Under the pieces are notes generated by a model. That model was not told the DNA's origin. It saw only the letters and a program-made list of their open reading frames with translations, and made no database searches. The position numbers and the translations under genes are program-made. From Gemmatimonadota bacterium (GTDB lineage: Bacteria; Gemmatimonadota; Gemmatimonadetes; Gemmatimonadales; GWC2-71-9), in assembly GCA_039584015.1 (NCBI GenBank), contig JBDGYO010000001.1, positions 1-39,576 on the forward strand: a DNA stretch of 39,576 nt, written 5' to 3'. Shown here piece after piece: positions 1-8,904 of this stretch (the stretch's first letter is position 1; every line of letters starts with the position of its first letter).

Positions 1-24
1 TTCACCTTGACCTTCCGCCGCTAA
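1..24 (+). CDS. 3' end of an upstream gene (...FTLTFRR*), possibly the SusC/TonB-dependent receptor partner of the next gene
   Basis: Open frame 1 runs from the window edge to TAA at 22-24. It lies 24 nt upstream of a SusD-like gene, and SusD genes normally follow a SusC gene. Only 7 codons are visible. Confidence 0.25.
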   Translation, partial: FTLTFRR

Positions 25-48
25 GGCGCACACAGGAGGCTTACGATC

Positions 49-1515
49 ATGACAATTCTGAAATGGTCTGGCCGCGCCCTGTGCGTGGCCGTACTGGCGG
101 GCTCGCTGACGGCGAGTGATTTCATTCAGCCGATCACCGAGAACCCGAACGCCGTACCGGTGGCGACGCTGGACCAGTTGCTGGTCGGCGCGTCCGTCAA
201 TTTCATGCGGATGCAGGAAGGGCAGTCGAGCCGGCTGATCGCCATGTGGATGCAGCAGATGGCCGGTAACCAACGTCAGTTCTCCGACTTCGACACGTAT
301 CAGGTCGCGGAGGGGGACGACGGCGATTACATGAACTTCCTGTACGATGGCGGTGGACTGATCGCGATGCGGCAAGGCCAGAGGCAGGCCACCGAGGTCG
401 ATCGTATCGTCTACCGCGGCGTCCTCAAGGTGTACGAGGCGTTCGTGATGGGTGAGGCGGCGTCGCAGTACGGCGACCTGCCGTACTCCGAGGCGCTGAA
501 CCCCGAGATCACCCAGGCGGCGCTGGATGATCAGGCGGCGATTTACGGTGACGTCCTGGCGCTGCTGGACGATGCCATTACGGATCTGAACAGCGGCACG
601 GGCTCCGGACCGGCCGGCGCCGACTTCGTGTACGGCGGTGACGCCGCGCAGTGGGTGCGGGCAGCCCACAGTCTGAAGGCCAGGTTCAACCTGCACTGGG
701 TCGAGGTCGATGGGAACAGCCGCTACACGGCGGCTATCACCGAGGCCAACCAGGGCATCTTGAGCGCGGTCGACGACTGGACGGCGATACATACCACGGC
801 GGCAACCGAGACGTTCTTCTGGTTCCAGTTCCTGCGCGACCGGTCCGGCTACATCGTGGCCGGGGAGTACGGTGTCAATGCGCTGGCGAACCAGACTGAC
901 CCACGGCTGCCTCTGTACTACAGTGAAGGCACCGGTGCATATGCAGGCCAGATTATTGGCTCACCGCCGGGCAACCCGGCGGGGGATCCATCCGATAATG
1001 CGTCGGAGCTGACCTGCGGTCCCAACAAGTCCGCCGGGTGTACCGGCCTCGGGCTCGGGTCGCAGGAGTTCAACTTCCCGATCCTGACCTGCGCCGAGAC
1101 GAACTACATCCTCGCGGAAGCCACGCTGCAAACCGGCGGTGGCGACGCGGCGGCGCGTGGGTTCCTGGATGCCGCGCTCGATTGTGACGAAGATCGGTGG
1201 GCGGATTATGGCTTCACCATCGATCTCTCCGGCGTCCAGGCCCGCAACGACGCTCTCACGGGCAACGATCTGCTGTGGGAGATCATGCTGCAGAAGTACA
1301 TCTCCAAGCCGCTGGCGATCGAGCTGTGGAACGATTACAAGCGGACGTGCTGGGCCGACAACCTGGGCTTCGTACCGGCATCTACTGCTGCGGTCGTGCC
1401 GGGCCGTTTCTTTTACTCGCAGAACGAGCGGTCCACGAACGTGAACATACCGGATCCGGATCAACAGCCGTTGCGGAATGACAATGACCCGGCTGCCTGC
1501 GCTGCAGCTCCGTAG
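49..1515 (+). CDS. SusD/RagB-family nutrient-binding outer-membrane protein
   Basis: AGGAGG at 34-39, 9 nt before the ATG. N-terminal hydrophobic signal-like segment (ALCVAVLAGSL). SusD-like stretches 'SLKARFNLHW' and 'NYILAEATLQ', and a C-terminal 'GRFFYSQNERSTNVN' resembling the SusD tail motif. Confidence 0.7.
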   Translation: MTILKWSGRALCVAVLAGSLTASDFIQPITENPNAVPVATLDQLLVGASVNFMRMQEGQSSRLIAMWMQQMAGNQRQFSDFDTYQVAEGDDGDYMNFLYDGGGLIAMRQGQRQATEVDRIVYRGVLKVYEAFVMGEAASQYGDLPYSEALNPEITQAALDDQAAIYGDVLALLDDAITDLNSGTGSGPAGADFVYGGDAAQWVRAAHSLKARFNLHWVEVDGNSRYTAAITEANQGILSAVDDWTAIHTTAATETFFWFQFLRDRSGYIVAGEYGVNALANQTDPRLPLYYSEGTGAYAGQIIGSPPGNPAGDPSDNASELTCGPNKSAGCTGLGLGSQEFNFPILTCAETNYILAEATLQTGGGDAAARGFLDAALDCDEDRWADYGFTIDLSGVQARNDALTGNDLLWEIMLQKYISKPLAIELWNDYKRTCWADNLGFVPASTAAVVPGRFFYSQNERSTNVNIPDPDQQPLRNDNDPAACAAAP

Positions 1516-2088
1516 GCAAGATCGGAGAACGGGTTGACGAAGCAGTATGTGGGTGCTTGGCTGTCGGTCGCGCTGCTGTTGCAATAGCATGCGCGTCCGG
1601 CAGCCAAGAGCCGGACTCGAACAAGACGATCGGCGTAGGAACACGGTGAGTGCGCGGTGTGCTGGGCTACTTGCTGCCAAGTGAGTGACTTGCTTCGAGA
1701 GGGGAAGCGAGGCGGGTCGTTCTTCAGGCCTCCTTATGGACTCGCCCCAGTACACCGCGCCAACACCCTTGAGGGTTGAGGGGCCATGCGGCAGCGGCTG
1801 ACCAGCAGGTTCGTCCTCATTCCCGCAACGGAAGCCCTGCCCGCAGTGCTGCCTCTGGCGCGCGTCCACGAGAATATGGCACACTCCACGGTACTCGAGC
1901 TGGTCGCACAGTATGCCTGCGGTAGCCGCCTGCTCCTCCGCTACGCCCTCAAGATCGGCGGCCAGCCAAGTCCAAACTAGCTGGTGTTCAGGAGCCCATC
2001 CAGTTGGCCGCACCCTGCCGCAGACGATTGCAGTATCATCCTGTGCCACTCGACCCCATCCACCGTCGCCAAGTCAGAGGAGGTTGAC

Positions 2089-3957
2089 GTGACGAGGTCT
2101 AACCGAGCGTCACCGATCATGTCGCTTGTCGTACTGTTTGCGTGCTTGTCTTGTAGCGTCTCCCAAGCTCCCGAGTATCCGGCCTCAATGTTCCGGGGAA
2201 ATGCAGAACACACTGGCGTGTACGACACTCAGGGCGTCGAACGCTTGGGGGGCGTCCTTTGGCGCTTCACCACAGCGGGCCCTGTTCGGTCTACGCCCGT
2301 GGTTACGGGCGACATGGTCTACGTCGGTAGTACCGACGGCAATCTGTATGCGCTCGATCGCAGCACTGGCGCCGAGCGGTGGCACGCATCTGCTGGCAGC
2401 CCCGTGAGCTCGTCTCCAGCTGTGGTGCGCGGGCTCGTCATCTTCGGCAGCAGAGACGGAGTGTTCCGAGCCGTGGATGCCAGAACGGGTGAGCTGCGTT
2501 GGAGTGTCGAGACGGGGCCTTTGATCCCGTGGGAGTGGGGATTCGAGGGATGGGACGTCTATACGTCCTCGCCGGTTGTAGTTGACACGACGGTGGTCTT
2601 TGGAGCTGGAGACGGGCTTCTCTACGCACTGAACGTCGTAACGGGCCGCGAGCTGTGGCGCTTTCAGACGGAGGGGCGCATCCGGTCCACGCCTGCGATT
2701 ACTGACGCGGTCGTGTTCATCGGCAGTACCGACGGACGGATCTATGCCGTGGACTTGGACACTGGGGGTGAGCAGTGGCGCTATGAGACGGACGGAGCGG
2801 GAATGCGGTCGGCTGAGCTCTACGTGGACCGCAAGTCCATCATCTCCTCCCCAGCCGTCGTAGATGGCACCGTCTACGTTGGCTCGAGGGACGGCTACCT
2901 GTATGCCTTGGACCAGGCTACTGGTGAGCGCAGGTGGCGGATCGATCACGATGGTTCCTGGGCCATGTCGTCACCCGCCGTGATTGGAAACACCTTGTAC
3001 AGTGGCACGTCAGATGGACGCTTCGTGCACGCCGTGGACGTGGCAACGGGACAGGAACGCTGGAGATTCCATGGCGACGGCTACACATGGTCGTCTCCAT
3101 GCATCGTGGATGGCACAGTCTACGCGGGGGATGGAGCAGGCTATCTGCGGGCCATCGACCGTCACTCCGGTGTGGAGCGCTGGAACTACTGGGTGGGCGG
3201 CGGCGTGTACTCGAGTCCAGTCGTAGCCGATGGCGTGGTGATATTCGGAGACGAGAACGGAACCGTCTCCGCGCTGCACACGGCACTTCCGGGTCAAGCC
3301 CCGTTTCCCCTTCGCGCCGTCTTCTGGGACGAAGACCTCCGCGACCTGACGATCTTTCGATCGCACCTCGAGACGCGCATCTACTTCGAGCAGCAGGGAT
3401 ATAGGGTCCTCGACTCCGACGCGCTCGCGGACTTCATGCGGTCCCGCATCGATGATGGCACGCCTAGTGTCGTCGTATTCGCGATGGACCACGTGCCAAC
3501 GTCGGTCGCTGCCGAGCCCTCAGACACGGTGCTGTTCCGTCGTTACCTCGACGCCGGCGGCAAGGTCGTATGGCTGGGGCTTCCGCCGATGATGTTGGCC
3601 CGGAATCACGGGGGTGAGGTAGTCGCGGTAGACCGCGGCCGTCCAACGATGCTCCTCGGCGTCGATCATGCGAGCGTCAACTACGACTTCTACGGATCCG
3701 CTTCAACTGAGCTGGGGCACCGCTGGGGCCTCCTTCGCGGATGGGTGAGTTCGTATTCAGTAGAGGCATCCGATGGCATTGAGGTTCTCGGTATTGACGA
3801 GAACGGTCTGGCCGGAGCCTGGGTCAAGAACTTCGGTGGCACGGCCGGAACGGGGTTTGTCAGCATGGGTTCCAGCCGCATTTCGCTAGAGAACATGGCA
3901 GCCATTCGGTCGGTCGCAGAGTACGGAATCGTAGGTCATGCCAAGCTCACGAACTGA
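2089..3957 (+). CDS. Secreted 8-blade PQQ-like (BamB-type) beta-propeller protein with an unassigned ~214-aa C-terminal domain
   Basis: GTG at 2089 lies 5 nt after GAGGAGG (2077-2083). Signal/lipobox-like 'LVVLFACLSCS'. Eight repeats of the type 'G.VY.GS.DG.LYALD..TG...W'. The C-terminal domain occupies 3313-3954. I prefer this start to the ORF-track start at 1984 because of the RBS and signal peptide. Confidence 0.8.
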   Translation: MTRSNRASPIMSLVVLFACLSCSVSQAPEYPASMFRGNAEHTGVYDTQGVERLGGVLWRFTTAGPVRSTPVVTGDMVYVGSTDGNLYALDRSTGAERWHASAGSPVSSSPAVVRGLVIFGSRDGVFRAVDARTGELRWSVETGPLIPWEWGFEGWDVYTSSPVVVDTTVVFGAGDGLLYALNVVTGRELWRFQTEGRIRSTPAITDAVVFIGSTDGRIYAVDLDTGGEQWRYETDGAGMRSAELYVDRKSIISSPAVVDGTVYVGSRDGYLYALDQATGERRWRIDHDGSWAMSSPAVIGNTLYSGTSDGRFVHAVDVATGQERWRFHGDGYTWSSPCIVDGTVYAGDGAGYLRAIDRHSGVERWNYWVGGGVYSSPVVADGVVIFGDENGTVSALHTALPGQAPFPLRAVFWDEDLRDLTIFRSHLETRIYFEQQGYRVLDSDALADFMRSRIDDGTPSVVVFAMDHVPTSVAAEPSDTVLFRRYLDAGGKVVWLGLPPMMLARNHGGEVVAVDRGRPTMLLGVDHASVNYDFYGSASTELGHRWGLLRGWVSSYSVEASDGIEVLGIDENGLAGAWVKNFGGTAGTGFVSMGSSRISLENMAAIRSVAEYGIVGHAKLTN

Positions 3958-4211
3958 GCCGGCACACCGGTGTCTCCCACGCCCGGCCTCGGGGGAATGG
4001 GGCCGACACATTAGTCATGCCGGCAATTCTGGCTGGCGAAGGTCCTCGAGTACGGCGCCGACAACACCATGCAACAGCGTGGCACCGCCTTGAGCGGAAT
4101 AGCGTACTTCTACCTCATCGAGGACACCGACAGTCAGGTGCGTGCCGAGCAGACCTGCGCGGTGCTGGCGTTCCAACGCACCTGCCACAGCGCGGACGAG
4201 GAGAGGCGCGC

Positions 4212-5195
4212 ATGCAAATGAGACGGGTGGGTGTCGCACGGGCACGTCTGTCCCGACGTGACTTTCTCAGGAGTGGCCTGAGCGCGTTGGCCGCACCAGC
4301 GCTCCTGCGCTTCGGCTCTGCCCCGGAGTCAGGAGCGAACTCAATCCCAGGCGCGCGGCTTGCGGCCCGGCCAGGCTCGCCGACGGAGACGCCCATCTTG
4401 GGTCTCAGCAAGTTGGGGCTCGGGGGCAATCGGGACGGAATCCTGTACGTGCCGCAGACCTACTCTGCCAGTCGGGCGGCTCCGCTCTTCGTCGCCCTGC
4501 ACGGCGCCGGCGGAGACGGAGCGAGCTGGGCGAGCTACTTCGCGCGCGCGGAAGCGCGAGGCATGGTATTCCTGGCACCCGATTCCCGTTCCTCCACCTG
4601 GGATGCTGTTACGGGGAGCTTCGGATCGGACGTCGAGTTCCTGGATCGGACGCTGCAGCACACGTTCGCGCGGTGCCGTATCAACCCTGTGCAGGTCGCG
4701 CTGGCCGGATTCTCGGACGGTGCATCATACGCGCTCTCCCTCGGGATCTCCAACGGAGACCTGTTCACCCACCTGGTTGCCTACTCACCGGGATTCGTGG
4801 AATCGGCCGAGCGGTTCGGGAGGCCGTCGATCTACGTATCGCACGGCGCCGGCGACAGCGTCCTGCCCGTGACCCAGAGTCGGGACAACATCGTTCCGGG
4901 TTTGCGCCGCGCCGGCTATGAGGTGACCTACCTAGAGTTCGACGGGGGCCACGGGGTTCCAGCGGAGATCTCCGAAGGGGCGCTGGACTGGTTCCTCGGC
5001 GTCGGGGAGCAAGTTCAGGACAATCGTGTGCCGACCCGGCCATGGCGGCCGAGCAGTAGACGTCACCCTCTTCGACCAGGGCAACTCCTGCTGGGCCGCG
5101 CGACAGCGCCGAGTCCGAGCATCTCCGAGCACTTTCTCTCCACGAGAGCTTCCGCAGCGAACCGATCGCCCTATTATCGAGTATCAAGGCAGTGA
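4212..5195 (+). CDS. Tat-exported alpha/beta-hydrolase (phospholipase/carboxylesterase-type esterase)
   Basis: GAGGAGAGG lies just upstream of ATG 4212. Twin-arginine signal 'SRRDFLRSG'. Motifs 'LHGAGGDG', nucleophile elbow 'GFSDGA', 'SHGAGDSVLP' and 'GGHGVP'. The last ~70 codons are low-complexity with lower third-position GC by hand count. Confidence 0.75.
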   Translation: MQMRRVGVARARLSRRDFLRSGLSALAAPALLRFGSAPESGANSIPGARLAARPGSPTETPILGLSKLGLGGNRDGILYVPQTYSASRAAPLFVALHGAGGDGASWASYFARAEARGMVFLAPDSRSSTWDAVTGSFGSDVEFLDRTLQHTFARCRINPVQVALAGFSDGASYALSLGISNGDLFTHLVAYSPGFVESAERFGRPSIYVSHGAGDSVLPVTQSRDNIVPGLRRAGYEVTYLEFDGGHGVPAEISEGALDWFLGVGEQVQDNRVPTRPWRPSSRRHPLRPGQLLLGRATAPSPSISEHFLSTRASAANRSPYYRVSRQ

Positions 5196-5216
5196 GGACG
5201 GCGGGAGGAGCAAGAC

Positions 5217-8200
5217 GTGCGGGTTCGTCTGAAGCGGGAACAGCTGCTCGAGCTCATGGCCATGAGCTCTCTTTCCCAGAACCACTGGGCGATCAAGCTC
5301 GGCCTTTCCAGCGGTCACTGGTCCGATATCGTCAACGGGAGACACCCGTACCCCTCCGCGCGGACGCGGGATCGGATCCTCGAGATCTTCCAAGCGGCAT
5401 TCGACGAGTTGTTCGAGATCGAATCGGAAGCGCCGGCGTCGTCGGATCAGGACTTCAAGGCGGCCATATCCAATCGATACCTGATTGACAGCGAGGTCGG
5501 ACAGGGCGGGATGGGCACCGTGTACGTCGCGCGAGACGTACGCCTGGGCCGAATCGTGGCAATCAAGGTAGTCTCACCCGAGGCCGTGAGCGGAATCGGA
5601 ACCGAGCAGTTCCTGAAGGAGATCCGGTATTCAGCGAAGCTACAGCATCAGCACATCCTGCCCTTACACGACGCCGGCGAGGTTGCAGGCCAGCCGTACT
5701 ACGTCATGCCCTTCATCCGGGAGGGATCGCTGCGCGGACGGCTCGAGCGGAGCGGAAGGCTCTCACTAGACGAAACCTTATGCATGGTCCGCGGAGTCGC
5801 GGCTGCCCTCGCCTACGCCCACGAGAGCGGCGTGCTCCACTGCGATGTGAAACCCGCCAATATCCTACTGTCGGGCGACCACGCGTTCGTCGCGGACTTC
5901 GGGATCGCCCGAGCCATACATGCAGAGACGTTCGAGTGGGGTAAGCCCGCGCAGATCGACACGTCGGCTGGAACACCCGCGTACGTGAGCCCCGAACAGG
6001 CCAGTGGAGAGAGAGAGCTCGATCTGCGCTCTGATGTGTACAGCCTCGCGTGCATGACCTTCGAGATGCTCGCGGGCCGCCCACCATTCTCAGGCGACAC
6101 GACGATGGCAGTCGTGTCCCAGCGCTTCACTTCGCGGCCGCCAGATATAGGCGAGTTGGTGCCCGATCTTCCGTTGCGCGTGACCGACGCGATCCAGTGG
6201 GGAATGGCACTGGAAGTCGAGCGAAGACCGCAGAGTGCGACGGCATTCGTGGACAATCTCGAACGGGGAGCACGCCACCAGGTGTCACGTGCCAGAGCGC
6301 GGATTGGACTAGCCGCAGCTCGCCTCGGAATATCACTGCAGAAGGCCCTCGGCCGGGTGCCGGCTAGCGGCCCGTTCTCATCCTTCACACGACAACTACG
6401 GACCAAGATGAAGACCATCGTGCGCTCCATCCGGAGTGACATCGTCTACGCGTTCAGGACGTTCAGGCGTGCGCCGATGTTCGTGACCGGTGTCGTGCTG
6501 ACGCTCGGGCTCGGCATAGGCGCGAACATCTTCGTCTTCAGCCTCATGAACCCCTACTTCTTCCGCGCACTGCCATTCGGCGACGCAGACCGACTGGTGC
6601 AAGTCGGGTACATCGATCTTCGGCGGGATCGGGACCTGGCACGGCTCTCCCCTCCACAGTTCGAGGATCTTAGGCAGCAGAGCCGCGCGTTCGAGCACCT
6701 GGAGGCGTACTACTACGCCAACCGCAATGTCACTGGAAGCCAGGAGCCGGAGCGCATTCTGGTCTCGTACGTCACGCGCGGGATGTTCTCGATGCTCCAG
6801 ATCGAACCGGAGTTGGGGCGGACTTTCATCGCGCAAGATACAGCCAGCGGCAGCCAGAATGTCGCTGTGTTGGATCACGGACTGTGGCAACGGCGGTACG
6901 GAGGGGATCCAGGTATCCTCGGACGCTCGATAGGAATTGATGGACGCTCCCACACGATCATCGGCGTGATGCCTCGGCTGTTTGTGTTTCCGTTTAACGG
7001 CGTGGACGCATGGATCCCCATTTCAGGAGCAGTAGGAGACCCGACCTCGTATTCGCGCTCTCGTCGGGGGGCGGTTGTCACCGGTCGCCTCAATAGCGAC
7101 TGGACAATTGCGCGAGCGCGGGAGGAGTTGAACGCGATCCACCGCCGCCTCAGTGCGCTCTACCCTGAGGAGGACGGGCTCTTCGCCGGCGTGAACGTGA
7201 AGCCGATCCGCGAGTCACTGAACTTCGGGTGGTCTGTGCTCCGCCCAATGTTCGCACTCCTGCAAGCAGTGATGACATTCTGGCTCATCTTGGTTTGTGT
7301 GAACGTCGCTAGTCTCATGCTTGCACGAAGTACGGCCCGTGCCGGTGAGGTTGCAGTGCGCACCGCTCTCGGCTCCGGGCGCCGGCGCTTGATTCGGCAG
7401 TTTCTGACCGAGAGCCTCGTGCTGGCAGTAGCCGGTGGAGCACTCGGCATGCTACTGGCCCACTGGGGCAGTGGACTCGTCCAGCCCCTCATGCCGGAAC
7501 AGTGGTTCCGAGTGGGAGAGGCATCGATAGACGGGAATGTTGTGCTCTTCGCCCTGGGTGTGACTGTAGTGACGGCTGTGCTCTTCGGGCTTGCCCCGGC
7601 GCTGACGGCAATACGCACCGACCTGTCGGCAGCGCTCAAGGAGGGAGCCGGCGGCGCGCCGGGGATTCGATTGATCCGTGCGCGCCGGCTGATAGTGGTG
7701 TGCGAAGTGGCGATGGCGGTCGTGCTCATGAGCGGAGTGGGGCTAGCGGCCCGGAGTCTCATGGCCCTCCAGCGGCTCGACCTCGGCTTCGATCCCGTCC
7801 ACGTGCAGACCTTCCATGTGTACCCACCGACCTACTCCCATCCCGCAATGGAAGACGTCGAGTCTTACTACCGCCAGGTGCTCTCACGGATCAGGACCGT
7901 TCCGGGCGTCAGGGTGGCTGCCACTGCGAGCAGACTACCCTTGAACCATGAGATCCCCCTGGAAGCGTTCACGACTCCAGGCCGCGTCGCAGCATCAGTG
8001 GAGGACTGGCCGATCGGACTCGTCACGAGCGTCTCGCCGGGATACTTCGACGCAACTGAGACGCCGCTCGTAGCCGGCCGTGACTTCAGCGAGCTGGACG
8101 CACAAGATGCTCAGAGAGTTGCGATCGTTAGCGATGATCTCGCCGATCTCTTGTGGCCCGGTGAAGGCGCCGTCGGTCGCACGCTTCAAGTAGGTGACCC

Positions 8201-8852
8201 TCAGGACGATCCACGGGAAGTGACCATCGTGGGCGTCGTGGGGGACGTTCACTTCGAGGGGATCGCGAGCGCAGAACACCCACAGATCTACTTGTCGCTC
8301 TACCAGGAGCCGCGCCGGTCTCGCTTTATCGTGCTCGCAATTGACGGGCAGTGGCAGCAAATGGTCTCGACGCTGCGGCAAGCGATGCTGGACGTCGATA
8401 GCGATATACCCTTCAGGATGCGGTCGCTGAGCTCGATTGTCGATGAGAGTGTGATGCCTTTCAGACTCAGCACGGTGCTCCTCGTAACACTCGGAATCGC
8501 TGCCCTGCTGCTCGCGAGCCTCGGTATCTACGGAGTCATCGCGTACTCCGTAGCGCAGCGGGGACGGGAGATTGGGATCCGGATGGCGCTGGGCGCTACA
8601 GAGGCAAAGGTGCGGATGGCGTTCGTAGTCGAGGGCGTCAAACTGAGCATGCTCGGGATCCTCATTGGGTTGGTGGTTGCAGCCGCCGCCAATGGCCTCC
8701 TGAGGTCTCTACTGTTCGGCGTCGGCGGATTCGACGTGGTCACGTTTGGCGCTGTGCTCGTGGTGTTCGTAGGTGTTGCGGCTGTGGCAAGCCTGTTGCC
8801 GGCCGTTCGAGCAAGCCGGGTCAATCCTGCGGAGGCCCTGCGGTACGAGTGA
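5217..8852 (+). CDS. Fusion protein: Cro/C1-like HTH + Hanks-type Ser/Thr kinase + ADOP-type duplicated MacB_PCD/FtsX permease
   Basis: GTG start after GGGAGGAG. HTH-like 'LSQNHWAIKLGLSSGHWSDIVNGRHPYPS'. Kinase motifs 'GQGGMGTVY', 'VAIKV', 'HCDVKPANIL', 'DFG' and 'GTPAYVSPE'. From about aa 398 there is a typical ADOP N-terminus, 'IVYAFRTFRRAPMFVTGVVLTLGLGIGANIFVFSLMN'. Two periplasmic-domain/FtsX modules follow, and the protein ends '...RVNPAEALRYE'. Confidence 0.85.
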   Translation: MRVRLKREQLLELMAMSSLSQNHWAIKLGLSSGHWSDIVNGRHPYPSARTRDRILEIFQAAFDELFEIESEAPASSDQDFKAAISNRYLIDSEVGQGGMGTVYVARDVRLGRIVAIKVVSPEAVSGIGTEQFLKEIRYSAKLQHQHILPLHDAGEVAGQPYYVMPFIREGSLRGRLERSGRLSLDETLCMVRGVAAALAYAHESGVLHCDVKPANILLSGDHAFVADFGIARAIHAETFEWGKPAQIDTSAGTPAYVSPEQASGERELDLRSDVYSLACMTFEMLAGRPPFSGDTTMAVVSQRFTSRPPDIGELVPDLPLRVTDAIQWGMALEVERRPQSATAFVDNLERGARHQVSRARARIGLAAARLGISLQKALGRVPASGPFSSFTRQLRTKMKTIVRSIRSDIVYAFRTFRRAPMFVTGVVLTLGLGIGANIFVFSLMNPYFFRALPFGDADRLVQVGYIDLRRDRDLARLSPPQFEDLRQQSRAFEHLEAYYYANRNVTGSQEPERILVSYVTRGMFSMLQIEPELGRTFIAQDTASGSQNVAVLDHGLWQRRYGGDPGILGRSIGIDGRSHTIIGVMPRLFVFPFNGVDAWIPISGAVGDPTSYSRSRRGAVVTGRLNSDWTIARAREELNAIHRRLSALYPEEDGLFAGVNVKPIRESLNFGWSVLRPMFALLQAVMTFWLILVCVNVASLMLARSTARAGEVAVRTALGSGRRRLIRQFLTESLVLAVAGGALGMLLAHWGSGLVQPLMPEQWFRVGEASIDGNVVLFALGVTVVTAVLFGLAPALTAIRTDLSAALKEGAGGAPGIRLIRARRLIVVCEVAMAVVLMSGVGLAARSLMALQRLDLGFDPVHVQTFHVYPPTYSHPAMEDVESYYRQVLSRIRTVPGVRVAATASRLPLNHEIPLEAFTTPGRVAASVEDWPIGLVTSVSPGYFDATETPLVAGRDFSELDAQDAQRVAIVSDDLADLLWPGEGAVGRTLQVGDPQDDPREVTIVGVVGDVHFEGIASAEHPQIYLSLYQEPRRSRFIVLAIDGQWQQMVSTLRQAMLDVDSDIPFRMRSLSSIVDESVMPFRLSTVLLVTLGIAALLLASLGIYGVIAYSVAQRGREIGIRMALGATEAKVRMAFVVEGVKLSMLGILIGLVVAAAANGLLRSLLFGVGGFDVVTFGAVLVVFVGVAAVASLLPAVRASRVNPAEALRYE

Positions 8853-8904
8853 ACACAGGTGGTCGGCTGCCACCGTGGCCGTGTGATCGGCCAGAGGGAA
8901 GTCC

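Noticed and set aside
961-2049. 362-aa ORF on the - strand
   Set aside because: Most of it is antisense to the well-supported SusD-like gene. The Arg/Pro/Gly-rich composition is typical of shadow ORFs in GC-rich DNA. No motifs were recognised.
1984-2088. N-terminal extension of the propeller ORF to 1984
   Set aside because: GTG 2089 has GAGGAGG 5 nt upstream and yields a proper signal peptide. The extension has no such features.
3964-3973. 10-bp palindrome ACACCGGTGT just after the propeller gene stop
   Set aside because: It is too short and has no loop, so it cannot form a terminator. A single occurrence is insufficient to propose an operator.
4017-4211. N-terminal extension of the esterase ORF to ATG 4017
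   Set aside because: The extension is Arg/His-rich with no signal peptide. ATG 4212 has a strong RBS and is followed at once by a twin-arginine signal. The other frame across this stretch is the one with a coding-like third-position bias.
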